NCBI GenBank assembly: GCA_964445485.1
Contig: CAYUPS010000002.1
Coordinates: forward strand, 38,055 to 102,054
Length of the DNA: 64,000 nt
DNA from: an uncultured Methanosarcinales archaeon
GTDB taxonomy: Archaea > Nanobdellota > Nanobdellia > Woesearchaeales > ARS49
Direction: 5' to 3'
Shown here: positions 1-9,190 of the stretch, piece by piece
Layout: every line of letters begins with the position of its first letter
How positions within the stretch are numbered: position 1 is the first letter of the stretch
Notes under the pieces: model-generated
What the model was told of the DNA's origin: nothing
The model's database searches: none
Seen by the model: the letters and a program-made list of their open reading frames with translations, nothing else
Position numbers and translations under genes: made by a program

Positions 1-634
1 TAACGATGATGCCTCCCAGTTTGGCGAGCATGGCGCGGGCAGAGCTCTTCTTGAACGCGTGGCGGGCATCAGACCATTCCTTGCGCAGCTTCTTGGCAGC
101 ATTGCGGATGCTCGCAGGATCACTCGTCTCGTTCAACGAGCCTGCGGAGGCTGCTGATTCTCGCAGATTTGCGAGTCTTGCCTCGAGGGTGGCGATGATG
201 GACGCGCGGGTCTCTTCATCGAGGTTCTCTGCGCCCCTGATGCGTTCGATGAGGCGTTCCATCTCTGCGATCGCGCGCGCATTCGCATCGATAACGACAT
301 CGACAGCGTTCTTGCGGACATCCTGTGTCGCAGCATCGCAGCGTATCTTTTCCCCGCTGCGCTGGCGGGCCTTGCAGTCGTTCAGCGCGGTCTTGCGCTC
401 GAGCAGCGCATCTTTGGCGGCGACGAGCTTGCCGCGGGCTTGCGCCACGCGGGCTTTGGGGGGCGGCAGGTCAGTGTCATCAGATGTGGCCGTGGCCTCG
501 GCAGAGACCGAGACGTTCACGGATGTCTCCTCAGCGGGCGTGTCCGTACCGCTGTCGTTCTGGGCGAACGCGGCGGGCACAACGCTGAGTATGAGCAGGG
601 CCATGATCGCCCATGCCATCAGTTGTGTTTTCAT
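1..634 (-). CDS. Secreted alpha-helical/coiled-coil hypothetical protein; 5'-partial in the window, runs off the left edge
   Basis: ATG at 634..632 preceded by GGAGG. Reverse-strand translation begins MKTQLMAWAIMALLILSVVPAAFAQ (signal peptide) followed by helical Ala/Arg/Glu-rich sequence. Absent from the ORF track because there is no stop inside the window. Overrides the antisense ORF 6..773(+). Confidence 0.5.
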   Translation of the reverse strand, partial: MKTQLMAWAIMALLILSVVPAAFAQNDSGTDTPAEETSVNVSVSAEATATSDDTDLPPPKARVAQARGKLVAAKDALLERKTALNDCKARQRSGEKIRCDAATQDVRKNAVDVVIDANARAIAEMERLIERIRGAENLDEETRASIIATLEARLANLRESAASAGSLNETSDPASIRNAAKKLRKEWSDARHAFKKSSARAMLAKLGGIIV

Positions 635-794
635 CGAAATTCCTCCTTCGGCATCTGTGCCGGATACGCATCCTCCCCTCCAGTATCTTAAAAGCATACT
701 TTCCGGAAGCTTTACACGCTTTAGGGCTGCAGATTTCAGAAGGCAGAGACCTTCGGGCAAGTTTTTTATATGATTCCGCCGTGAGGGGACGAGA

Positions 795-1475
795 ATGCAG
801 AGGTTTGCACACTTCATCATTATCGCGCTCCTGTCCGCGCATGCCGCGAGCGCGGCAGTGCTGCATGGAACGGTCTATGATTTTGACTTGACTGCGCGGC
901 ATGATGCGATCGTGAGCGTCGACAGCACCCCTCGCCAGCAAGTCGTGGCCAAAGAGGGAACATACGCATTCACGCTCCCGCAAGGGGAATATGTTCTGTC
1001 CGCACGGTATGGGCAAGACTTGTCCATCCAAGAGACCATCATCATACAGGAAGAAGGAGACTACCTCCTGGATCTCATCCTCCTGCCTGATTTTGAAGAG
1101 GACGAGCAGTTCCTGCAGGAGGATATCGATATCCGCGATGCCGAGCTGTCCGAGGACAGAGGTATTTGGCAGTACCTGCTCTTGGCGTTCGGGCTCGCTG
1201 CGCTCATCACTGCGGGCGCCATCTACGCCCGCTCGCGCGGCACGCAAGAGCATGCCAGCCGCCACGCGCAGCGCAGCGCAGGAGGCCTCGATGAGGACCT
1301 GCGGCAGATACTGGATCTTCTCCAGACCGAGGGAGGGCGCATGAACCAAAAAGACCTGCGCGCCCGCGTACCTCACTCAGAAGCGAAGATATCTTTGATG
1401 GTCACAGACCTGGAGAGCAGGGGGCTCGTGCGGAAGATCAAGCGCGGCCGCGGCAACATCATCGTCAAACAATGA
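795..1475 (+). CDS. Membrane-anchored winged-helix (TrmB/MarR-like) transcriptional regulator with N-terminal signal peptide and extracytoplasmic beta-rich domain
   Basis: N-terminal hydrophobic signal, carboxypeptidase-regulatory-like region, one TM (WQYLLLAFGLAALITAGAIYA). C-terminal wHTH ILDLLQTEGGRMNQKDLRARVPHSEAKISLMVTDLESRGLV. GAGGGGA RBS before ATG 795. Confidence 0.55.
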   Translation: MQRFAHFIIIALLSAHAASAAVLHGTVYDFDLTARHDAIVSVDSTPRQQVVAKEGTYAFTLPQGEYVLSARYGQDLSIQETIIIQEEGDYLLDLILLPDFEEDEQFLQEDIDIRDAELSEDRGIWQYLLLAFGLAALITAGAIYARSRGTQEHASRHAQRSAGGLDEDLRQILDLLQTEGGRMNQKDLRARVPHSEAKISLMVTDLESRGLVRKIKRGRGNIIVKQ

Positions 1476-2641
1476 AGAGACTCCTCATCGTCGGCATCGA
1501 CCCGGGGACAACCACTGCCTATGCCGCGCTGTCGCTCGACGGCAGGCTCGTCGCGCATGGCAGCAGAAAAGGGATGGATGCGGACGCTGCCATCAGGGAG
1601 GTCATGCTGCACGGCAAGCCCTTGGCCATCGGCACGGATAAGGCGAAGACTCCCGGGATGGTGGAAGGCGTCGCGGCGAATCTCGGAGCCCGCATCATCA
1701 ATCCCCCCGAAGACCTTCCTGTCGCGGAAAAACGGGATCTCACTGAGGGTGATCCTGGCGCGAACGCGCACGAGAAGGACGCCATCGCGAGCGCACGGTA
1801 TGCCCACAAACGCCTTGAGCCTCTCCTGCGCCGTATCAGGTCATCATTCGACGATCAAATGCAGGGCAGGGAAGAGGATCTCATCGAATTGGTGGTGCGC
1901 AGGCGTCTGAGCATCACCGCTGCGAAAGAGACGCTCCTCCGGCCGGATGAGCCCGCAGCAGCCATGCTCAGTGAATTGCGCGAAGGCCCGCCTGAGCGGC
2001 GCAAAGATGTCGTCGCGCTCTATGAAGCGCTCGTGGATGCGAGGCGCGCCAGCGCATCCGCCACACGTGAACGCGATCGTTTGGTAAAAGAGAATGCACG
2101 CCTGCGCTCGAGCCTCGCTGCAGCGACAGCGAGAGCGGGATCTGCGGCTACGCGGGACGCGCGAGTGCGCGATGCGGAGCGCCAGCGGCATGGTGCTCAA
2201 CGCGCTCTCGAGACAGAGCGGTCGAAAGCCCGCGCGGCCCAGCAATCGCTCGAGAGGATGACCTCTCTGCTCTCCCGCATGCCTGACCTCATCATCGCAA
2301 AGCGCCTGTCCACTCTGGGCATGCATGAATTTCAGCACAAGACCGCGTCATTGAGGATACGCGATGGGGACGTGCTCTGGGTCGCGACCCCGTCGAGCTT
2401 CTCGGCAGAGACTATCGCGGCATTGCAGCGAGGCAACCACGTGATCGTGTGCGAAGGTTCTCCTCCGAAAGAGATCAGACGGGCGGTTCCGTGCATCGGA
2501 GCAGCACGGTTGCGCGCGGAGCGTCTTGGCGAGTTCATGTTCCTGCCAAGAGACGCGCTTGAGCGGGAGGTACGGGCGGCGACAGTCCTCGAAGAAGTCA
2601 TCGTCTCGTATAGAGAAGAGCGGGCGGTCACGCTTCGCTGA
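1472..2641 (+). CDS. DUF460/COG2433 family protein (RNase H-fold, RuvC/YqgF-like predicted nuclease)
   Basis: N-terminal LIVGIDPGTTTAYAAL motif typical of the YqgF/RuvC-like fold; long coiled-coil C-terminal region. ATGA start/stop overlap with the upstream regulator gene. Confidence 0.55.
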   Translation: MKRLLIVGIDPGTTTAYAALSLDGRLVAHGSRKGMDADAAIREVMLHGKPLAIGTDKAKTPGMVEGVAANLGARIINPPEDLPVAEKRDLTEGDPGANAHEKDAIASARYAHKRLEPLLRRIRSSFDDQMQGREEDLIELVVRRRLSITAAKETLLRPDEPAAAMLSELREGPPERRKDVVALYEALVDARRASASATRERDRLVKENARLRSSLAAATARAGSAATRDARVRDAERQRHGAQRALETERSKARAAQQSLERMTSLLSRMPDLIIAKRLSTLGMHEFQHKTASLRIRDGDVLWVATPSSFSAETIAALQRGNHVIVCEGSPPKEIRRAVPCIGAARLRAERLGEFMFLPRDALEREVRAATVLEEVIVSYREERAVTLR

Positions 2642-3101
2642 GGACTGCGCTTTTCTCAAGATCAGCGAGCGCGATCCATTGCTTCTTGCCTGAATGAGGG
2701 TCCTGCAGCTGCACTTTGGTCTCCCCGATCAGCAGGACCCGGTAGGGGTTACCCTTGTACTTGATGATGTTTCCTGACTTGAATGGCAGAAGACGGAAGA
2801 GGACAGTGACACGGTAGAGCGCTTTGCCTGTCTTTGAGACGGTGTGCAGCGTCGCCGTGACCTTGAGGACGCCGGAGAAGTGCTCTTTGAGTTTGCGGCC
2901 GAGGATGCGCAGGTACTGCTGCGAGCTGAACTTGAGATCGACACCTCCAGGGACAGGGTCGTCTTTGACGATGAAGGCGCGGTCATCTTTCGCGGTCGTC
3001 CGGTAGACCCATTCGACAAGCTCTGTCGTGGGGTTGCGCAGCTGGAGGATCCCTTCGAAGTATCCCTTGTGCGGCAGCGTCGCAGGCATGCAGAATACCA
3101 T
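2628..3101 (-). CDS. Hypothetical protein, possibly an NMD3-like OB-fold domain protein
   Basis: 157 aa, EGILQLRN motif; TATA-like CTTATAAAC about 45 nt upstream on the minus strand. Family assignment is tentative. Confidence 0.3.
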   Translation of the reverse strand: MVFCMPATLPHKGYFEGILQLRNPTTELVEWVYRTTAKDDRAFIVKDDPVPGGVDLKFSSQQYLRILGRKLKEHFSGVLKVTATLHTVSKTGKALYRVTVLFRLLPFKSGNIIKYKGNPYRVLLIGETKVQLQDPHSGKKQWIALADLEKSAVLSEA

Positions 3102-3166
3102 CCACGGGCGCTTTTTAAAGGTTAGCGGCGGAAACGTTTATAAGGCATCCGCGCCCCCGTCAGCGC

Positions 3167-3826
3167 ATGAGTATTCTCGCGACAGCGGGCCGTGGCGCCC
3201 GCAGGTTCTGGGAGTTTCTGTGGCATGATGACAGCGCGCTCTCATGGATCACGAATATCGCCGTGGCATTCCTGCTCGTGCGGTTCATCATCTACCCGCT
3301 GCTCGGCCTCATGCTGGGCACGGGGTTCCCTGTTGTCGCGGTCATGTCCGGCAGCATGGAGCACACCGGCCCGCTCGACACCTGGTGGGGCGCGCATTGC
3401 CTGGAGACGCGGCAATTCCCTGACGGAAGCATGCTAGTGCGGGAGCTCAACCAGACCGTCGCTGACAGCTATGCACAGTACGGCATCAAGAAAGAAGATA
3501 TCTCGAGATACCCGTTCAAGAACGGCTTCAACACAGGTGACATCATCATCCTCACCGGCGCGATGAGCCTCAAGAGAGGCGATGTCATCGTCTTCGGCAT
3601 CGACCAGCCAGTCCCCATCATCCACCGGGTCGTGAATATAAGCGCGGATAGCAAATTTTTTAAGACAAAGGGCGACAGCACATCGAACTGCGACAGCCAT
3701 CCCTTCGAGCAGAAGGTTGCGTCGGAGGCAGTGGTCGGGAAAGCGCTCCTGCGCGTGCCCTACCTCGGCTGGATCAAGATCGCCGCAGTGGGTCTGATCA
3801 CGACGGTGATGGACCTGTTCCGTTGA
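3167..3826 (+). CDS. Signal peptidase I, archaeal/eukaryotic Sec11 type (S26B)
   Basis: N-terminal TM, catalytic motif VVAVMSGSMEHTG, GDIIIL and downstream conserved boxes. TATA TTTATAAG 3137..3144 lies 23 nt upstream of the ATG (leaderless). Confidence 0.7.
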   Translation: MSILATAGRGARRFWEFLWHDDSALSWITNIAVAFLLVRFIIYPLLGLMLGTGFPVVAVMSGSMEHTGPLDTWWGAHCLETRQFPDGSMLVRELNQTVADSYAQYGIKKEDISRYPFKNGFNTGDIIILTGAMSLKRGDVIVFGIDQPVPIIHRVVNISADSKFFKTKGDSTSNCDSHPFEQKVASEAVVGKALLRVPYLGWIKIAAVGLITTVMDLFR

Positions 3827-3837
3827 GGTATGAGACA

Positions 3838-4158
3838 ATGATGTTTTGCCCAAAATGCGGCGCCATACTCCTCCCGAAGGGGGACAAAGGCAAGAAAGTG
3901 CTCGCCTGCGGGTGCGGCTACAAGAGCAAGGATGCCCCTGAGACAGTCAAGATCACCGAGAGCGGCGCCGCGAAGAGCGAGCGGGAATTCGCCGCCATCG
4001 AAGAGACCGAGAACCTCCCCATCACTGACGCGGAGTGCCCAAAATGCAAGCACGCCAAAGCGTACTGCTGGAGCAAGCAGACACGCGCAGGCGACGAGCC
4101 GGAGACGCGTTTCTTCCGTTGCGTGAAGTGCAAAGCCACGTGGCGCGAATACAGCTGA
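3838..4158 (+). CDS. tfs: Transcription factor S (TFS) / RNA polymerase subunit M, zinc-ribbon
   Basis: MMFCPKCGAILLP N-terminal Zn ribbon and C-terminal ECPKC...RFFRCVKC TFIIS-type ribbon with acidic hairpin. The ORF track starts at an alternative TTG at 3823; the first ATG is at 3838. Confidence 0.75.
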   Translation: MMFCPKCGAILLPKGDKGKKVLACGCGYKSKDAPETVKITESGAAKSEREFAAIEETENLPITDAECPKCKHAKAYCWSKQTRAGDEPETRFFRCVKCKATWREYS

Positions 4159-4406
4159 TGACTGACCTGCGCGAGCATATCCGAGACGGCATTCTGCGCG
4201 TGCTCGCCAAGCCCAATGCCCGGACCACAGAGGTTCTCGGGCATGATGCTGCGAGGGATGCTGTGAGGATCGCAGTCGCAGAGGCTCCCGAAAATGGCAA
4301 GGCGAATCTCGCGCTGCTCAAATTCGTCGGGAAGGCTCTCAAGAAGCCTGTGGCGCTCGTCTCAGGAGCGACGGCCAAACTGAAAGTCATCAGGGTCCTA
4401 GAATGA
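4158..4406 (+). CDS. UPF0235/DUF167 (YggU-like) small protein
   Basis: 83 aa, GKANLALLKFVGKAL...VALVSGATAKLKVIRV matches the DUF167 pattern. ATG overlaps the TFS stop (TGATG). Confidence 0.5.
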   Translation: MTDLREHIRDGILRVLAKPNARTTEVLGHDAARDAVRIAVAEAPENGKANLALLKFVGKALKKPVALVSGATAKLKVIRVLE

Positions 4407-5138
4407 GTCGAGCTTGACCTGCTTGGCGTCGAATTCTTCAAGGTATTTTGGAGGCGTGATCGATTTGAACTCGAACCCCCAGTCGTTGAGCATCTTCTCA
4501 GCGTTCGAGGTGATTTTCGGCGCTGCGAGTATGCCGCGGACCTTCTCGATGCCCTTGGACTGCGAGATCTTCTCGACATAGCGGCGCAGCTGCGTGACCG
4601 CGGCAAGATCCGCGGTGTAGCGCTTGCATTCGATGATTGTCAGCGTCCCATTCCTGTCGGTTCCCATGACATCGATGAATCCGTACTTGGTTTGCTCCTC
4701 GCGCGAAGCGGGCTTGAAGCCTTCCTCGACAAGCTCCGGCGTGTCGTAGATCATCTGGGCCATGTCATCTTCTGTTCCTGCGATGCTCACGCTCGCAGCA
4801 TCGTCCATGCGCTGGCTGTTGAGGAAATGGATGCGCTCGATAGAGAGGTCGAGGGCTTCCTTGTGGGCGATGCTGCGCGATTTGAGCAGCAGGCGTCCGT
4901 TCTCGACGCTGACGATATGGCTCGCCTGCGCCTTCATGTAATTGACGGGCATGCTGCCTGTCGGCTGATGGATGAGGATCGATTTGTCCGCTTTGATGAG
5001 GACGATGCGGTCGCCCAGCGGCAGATGGGATTCGGCGCGGCCCGAGTAGCGGACGCTGCAGCGGCAGGAGAAGACGACAGTCTCACCGCGGGATATTGCA
5101 TCCTGGAGCAGTGTGCAGGATTCTTCCGGCCGCCACAT
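4398..5138 (-). CDS. nucS: Endonuclease NucS / EndoMS (mismatch-specific endonuclease)
   Basis: N-terminal dimerisation/DNA-binding domain plus C-terminal RecB-like nuclease motifs (GFIDVMGTD, ECKRYT, QLRRY). TATA ATTTTATAC about 25 nt upstream of ATG 5138 on the minus strand. Confidence 0.7.
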   Translation of the reverse strand: MWRPEESCTLLQDAISRGETVVFSCRCSVRYSGRAESHLPLGDRIVLIKADKSILIHQPTGSMPVNYMKAQASHIVSVENGRLLLKSRSIAHKEALDLSIERIHFLNSQRMDDAASVSIAGTEDDMAQMIYDTPELVEEGFKPASREEQTKYGFIDVMGTDRNGTLTIIECKRYTADLAAVTQLRRYVEKISQSKGIEKVRGILAAPKITSNAEKMLNDWGFEFKSITPPKYLEEFDAKQVKLDSF

Positions 5139-5182
5139 GGGGCGAGGGCTTCGGCGCGTCGTATAAAATAGTTTCGGAAGGA

Positions 5183-5746
5183 TTACGGATGCTGCAGACG
5201 AACATCATAGAGGATATCATCAACGCTCCTCTGCAGTTCGACGAGCGCCAAACGCTCATTGTTGATCCTGTAATCCGCCAGATTCATGCACCGCTCAATC
5301 TTCATGCCGCCAGGCGACGGATTGTTCGCCTGACGCGCATCCAATGCCATCAGGTCCGCAAGCGTTTTCGGGTCTCCCGGCCTGTTTCTTGAGGAAATGC
5401 GCTGGAACCGCACATCCGCAGACGCATAGACCGAGATGAGATAGAAATCAGGGCGTTCCTTCAGTTTCATGACCTCTTCAGGAGCGCGGATCGAATCGAC
5501 AACATAATCCTTGCCAGGCTGCATCTTCAGCAGCGTCCTCGCTGCGAGAACACCGGGACCCTCAAGCGCACGCAGGCGCTCACCTTCTTTGGTGAGATTC
5601 AGCACATTCGGCTCTATCCCTTGGGCTTTGACGCTCTCACGAAGGATATCTGACAGCACATAGGAGGTGAAACCGAACTTGCTGACCAAGTATGCGCCGA
5701 TGGCGCCTTTTCCCGCGCCGGTGTAGCTCGTAAGGCCGAGTATCAT
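5183..5746 (-). CDS. P-loop nucleoside/nucleotide kinase (dephospho-CoA kinase / cytidylate kinase-like)
   Basis: Walker A GLTSYTGAGKG, about 187 aa. TAATG overlap with the upstream ThyX-like gene. Confidence 0.5.
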   Translation of the reverse strand: MILGLTSYTGAGKGAIGAYLVSKFGFTSYVLSDILRESVKAQGIEPNVLNLTKEGERLRALEGPGVLAARTLLKMQPGKDYVVDSIRAPEEVMKLKERPDFYLISVYASADVRFQRISSRNRPGDPKTLADLMALDARQANNPSPGGMKIERCMNLADYRINNERLALVELQRSVDDILYDVRLQHP

Positions 5747-7518
5747 TATTTCTTCCTCTTGGCGTTTGCTTCCCGGATGTATCCGTTGACGGCCTCGGGC
5801 AAGCGTCCGAGCGGGTAGTACTCATTGTCGACGTGCACCAGCCCCCTGAATGAAGGCATGTGCTGCAGGACAATCTCAGTCTCCTGCTGCTCGATGAGGC
5901 GGTAGGAATCGATGCCTGCGGGCTGCGTGCGCAGTTTTGCTTCATAGAACTGCTGGACCGGGTCCTTTGTGGTGACGTGCCGCACCAGATTGGCCATGGT
6001 GAGCACGCACTCAGCCGCATGGGGGAAGCCCCGTTTGACGAATTCTTCGTACACATCCAGGGTGTCCCACATCGCCTGGTTGAAATGCATCTCCATGCCG
6101 ATCTCTGAGAATTCAGGCGGTCGGTTATACCCGACGATTGAGTAGGGCGCGCATTGCTGCCGGTCGCCGCGTTGCCTCTGGAGGTCACGATACGCCCCTA
6201 TGTCATACACCCGCTCGAATGTAAATGCGCCCACCTCCATATCTTTGGGATATTCCTCATACCCCTTCTTGCCTTCCAGCAGCGTCTTGGCAATCTGATG
6301 CCGCTGATCCGCAGACAGCGTCTTAACATGGTCTTTGATCTGCGCGAGGCTCCGCAGAGAATCCGATCCATTGAAGAGTATGCTCGCGAGAGCCCACTCT
6401 TCGATATCGGGAGTGACCGCTAACAGCCGTGACTGCACATCATAATGCTTGTAATCAGGGGCGATTTCAGGCGCGCCCATGAACGTGTCAAACAAGCTCT
6501 TGCGCCGCTCAGGCAACGACGCGTAATACTCGCTCCGATTGCCGTATTTCATCAGCGACGGATTGACTTTCATCGCCTCTAACTGCGCGACCTTTCCGAG
6601 CACTTGCATCTCCCACAGGGGATTGGACTGCCAGAGCGTCAATTGCTCCTGCAGGCGTCGCGTGTTTATCGTGATGCCTAATGAAGTAGTCATGTTCTGC
6701 GGCAGGAGGTATCGCGCGACATCGAACGCTTTTGCCCCGATGACGCTCTCCCATCGCTTATCGGGGAGTCTCGCGTCTGGCTGCTGCAGCTCTTGCGCGA
6801 TTTTCATATCCGCCTCAGCCTTCAAATGGGCATATTTTGACTGGAGATGCGGAATGAGCTTCGACAACGCCATATCATACCATTGGATGAGCTTCTCATC
6901 GAGCGCGAGGAGTTTTTGCTCGAGATCGGTCCCTCGAATCTCATAGGGGACGCCCAGGTTCTCTTTCTTGAACGGCAGCGCGCGAGTCGATTGCTCCTGG
7001 TATGCGCCTTGGCGGTCCGCTTCGAGGAATTTCGTCACTCGCTGGCTCACACCTTCAAAATACATCCGGATGGTGCCCGAATCTCGAAGAGACGCATGGC
7101 CGTAATCAATGCCGTATTCCACGATGAATTTCCCCGCTTTAGCACAATGGGAGGCAAGGGCCTCGTTGATGTCTTTCTGGTTGCGGATCAATTCAGCCAG
7201 CGCGGGCACTGAGACGATCGTAGAGTCTTTTTTGTTCATGTCATAGAACAGGTTCAGGAGGCGGTCAGGAGCAGTCACGCTGCTGCGCGCATACTGCCCC
7301 ATCGCCAACGCCCACAGCTCATTCGGAAGCGTGTCTCTTGCGCAGCCTATATTCGAATCGATATTCGTGAAGAAATACTCAAGGACGGTGCGTTCATCAG
7401 GAGAATAATTGGTCTTCCCCCTGAACCTGCCGATGCCGGAAAAGCCGGGTTTAAGAGAACCCTTCTCGTCGAAGATGGTATCAAGGATTTTTTCAGCAAC
7501 GGGAGCAGACATTCGCAT
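5746..7518 (-). CDS. thyX: Flavin-dependent thymidylate synthase (ThyX)-like protein, unusually long (590 aa) form
   Basis: ThyX-like segments ARYLLPQNMTTSLGITINTRRLQEQL and NPLWEMQVLGKVAQLE. Sits between a nucleotide kinase and a divergent tmk. TATA about 25 nt upstream of ATG 7518. No clean RHRxxxxxxxS motif seen, hence moderate confidence. Confidence 0.45.
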   Translation of the reverse strand: MRMSAPVAEKILDTIFDEKGSLKPGFSGIGRFRGKTNYSPDERTVLEYFFTNIDSNIGCARDTLPNELWALAMGQYARSSVTAPDRLLNLFYDMNKKDSTIVSVPALAELIRNQKDINEALASHCAKAGKFIVEYGIDYGHASLRDSGTIRMYFEGVSQRVTKFLEADRQGAYQEQSTRALPFKKENLGVPYEIRGTDLEQKLLALDEKLIQWYDMALSKLIPHLQSKYAHLKAEADMKIAQELQQPDARLPDKRWESVIGAKAFDVARYLLPQNMTTSLGITINTRRLQEQLTLWQSNPLWEMQVLGKVAQLEAMKVNPSLMKYGNRSEYYASLPERRKSLFDTFMGAPEIAPDYKHYDVQSRLLAVTPDIEEWALASILFNGSDSLRSLAQIKDHVKTLSADQRHQIAKTLLEGKKGYEEYPKDMEVGAFTFERVYDIGAYRDLQRQRGDRQQCAPYSIVGYNRPPEFSEIGMEMHFNQAMWDTLDVYEEFVKRGFPHAAECVLTMANLVRHVTTKDPVQQFYEAKLRTQPAGIDSYRLIEQQETEIVLQHMPSFRGLVHVDNEYYPLGRLPEAVNGYIREANAKRKK

Positions 7519-7638
7519 CGACCTCGAATCCGCGCGGGAGCGAGGTGATATTTAACATTTTGGATGGACCGCAGCACAGCAAAACATAAAAACAAGTTCG
7601 TGGCGGTGCGGCATAAAGTAGTTATACGGGGAAAACCT

Positions 7639-8319
7639 ATGAGCGACACGCTGGAGCAGATGGTCAAACACGGCACAATCATCGTTCTCGAAGGCTGCGA
7701 TGGCAGCGGCAAGGATACGCAGACCGCCATGCTCCTGTCCCGGCTGGCGAGCGAAAGCATCCCCTTTGAGACCATGCAGTTCCACCGCCGCGCGACACCC
7801 ATCGGCAAGGCCATCGATCATGCGCTCAGCGGCGGCCTTGGCATCCCGCCGCAGCAGTTGCCGATGGAGTTCATGTCCATGCTGTTCGCGGAGGACCGCA
7901 GGGAGGCCGCGCCCCAGATACAGCAATGGGTCGACAGCGGCAAGCTCGTGCTCCTCAATAGGTATGTCGAGTCGAATATGGGATTCCAGTGCGCGAAGGC
8001 AGCGAATCCTGCGGAACGCGAGAACAAGCTCCGCTGGCTCGAGGATCTTGAGTATTCCCGCTTCGGCATCCCGCGATCGACCGCGGTGATCTATCTCAGC
8101 CTGCCGCCTGAAGTCGCTGCGCGACGCCGCAAAGGCGGAGACTTGCATGACACGGACATCGAGTATCAACGCAGAGTCGCGTCCACATACGCATGGCTCG
8201 CATCCCGCGAGCCGCAGAAATGGACAGTCATCTCCGGGATGGATGGCGCGAGAGAGCGGAGTGTCGACGAGATACATCAGGATATCTACACGGCGGTCAA
8301 GAGAGTCTCAGGCTTCTGA
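7639..8319 (+). CDS. tmk: Thymidylate kinase
   Basis: IIVLEGCDGSGKDTQ P-loop, DRY-like and LID region. The ORF-track start 7564 is an upstream in-frame start; 7639 has TATA GCATAAAG about 25 nt upstream. Confidence 0.75.
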   Translation: MSDTLEQMVKHGTIIVLEGCDGSGKDTQTAMLLSRLASESIPFETMQFHRRATPIGKAIDHALSGGLGIPPQQLPMEFMSMLFAEDRREAAPQIQQWVDSGKLVLLNRYVESNMGFQCAKAANPAERENKLRWLEDLEYSRFGIPRSTAVIYLSLPPEVAARRRKGGDLHDTDIEYQRRVASTYAWLASREPQKWTVISGMDGARERSVDEIHQDIYTAVKRVSGF

Positions 8320-8643
8320 GATACTCTGCCATCAAGGCGCTCTCGACCCCCAGTAAAAAATCCCTCCAGAATTAATTCTCTGCGCTCTCGTCGGAAAAAA
8401 ACTTTCCCAAATTGTTATTCTCACGGACCAATTTCCATTTCACTGCAGTCGCTTTCATCCACGTCCACCTCTCGCCAGCATCGCCGGCGCATCGCTGTCG
8501 TCACTGCATGTAGCGCCTCTCGTCGGGCGCTCACTCGCAACAAAAAATGGGAGGCATACTCATATATAAACACGCCTGCGCGCAAACCTATAAACGAAAA
8601 CATATATGCCTGCGCCGTCATGTCGCCACTGCGCAAGAGAAAA

Positions 8644-9135
8644 TCACGCGAAATCCATCAGCGCAGCCATCGAATGTTCCATCACATCGCACGTGTCCGC
8701 TGCGATCTTGACATTGATTGTCTTGAATGACTGCGTCAGGAACGTCACAGAGAACACCGCCTTGCCCGCGGACATCTGCACGATGAAGAATGTCTTGATG
8801 CGGGACTCCTGCGGATAGTGCGCGTGGCGCGCGGCATTAGCTGCTTCGAGCACGGCATTGACCGACGCGGTCACCGCATCGGCAGCGATCGGCGCGACAG
8901 CCATGCCTTTGCCGATGATCTCCTCCTCAGGCATCACCCTCACGCCTTCGGGCGCGAGGACGAATGTCGTCACTTTGCTCGAGGAGTCATCGAAGAAGCC
9001 GAACTGCCATACCCTGTCCGTCTCGCTCTCGAGCATCACGAACGCGTGCGAGAGGAATGCGGACGAGTGAGACGAACGCCAGGCAGTGAACGCCTCGGAT
9101 TGCTCGACAGCGCGCAGCGCTTGCTGGAACTCCAT
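8644..9135 (-). CDS. Hypothetical protein
   Basis: About 163 aa from ATG 9135 (MEFQQALRAVEQSE...). Start 22 nt from the palindromic TATA GCTTTAAATAGC. The longer 225-aa track ORF would run through the promoter. Confidence 0.4.
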   Translation of the reverse strand: MEFQQALRAVEQSEAFTAWRSSHSSAFLSHAFVMLESETDRVWQFGFFDDSSSKVTTFVLAPEGVRVMPEEEIIGKGMAVAPIAADAVTASVNAVLEAANAARHAHYPQESRIKTFFIVQMSAGKAVFSVTFLTQSFKTINVKIAADTCDVMEHSMAALMDFA

Positions 9136-9190
9136 CGCCGCGCGGAGCGGGTGAAGCTTTAAATAGCTTCCGCGAAGGGTGGAGAACCCG

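Noticed and set aside
6-773. 255-aa plus-strand ORF (MMPPSLASMARAELFL...)
   Set aside because: Antisense to a minus-strand gene (ATG 634 with GGAGG RBS, signal peptide). The plus ORF has no promoter or RBS and typical high-GC antisense composition.
531-1376. 281-aa minus-strand ORF overlapping the 795..1475 regulator gene
   Set aside because: Overlaps two better-supported genes. Arg/Ala-rich low-complexity translation typical of spurious ORFs in GC-rich DNA.
3823-3837. TTG-initiated start of TFS at 3823
   Set aside because: The first ATG (3838, MMFCPKCG) gives the canonical TFS N-terminal zinc ribbon. The TTG extension overlaps the signal peptidase stop.
8421-8818. Overlapping 70-71-aa ORFs in the AT-rich spacer
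   Set aside because: Mutually antisense, poor codon composition, span a TATA element. Treated as non-coding (see finding).
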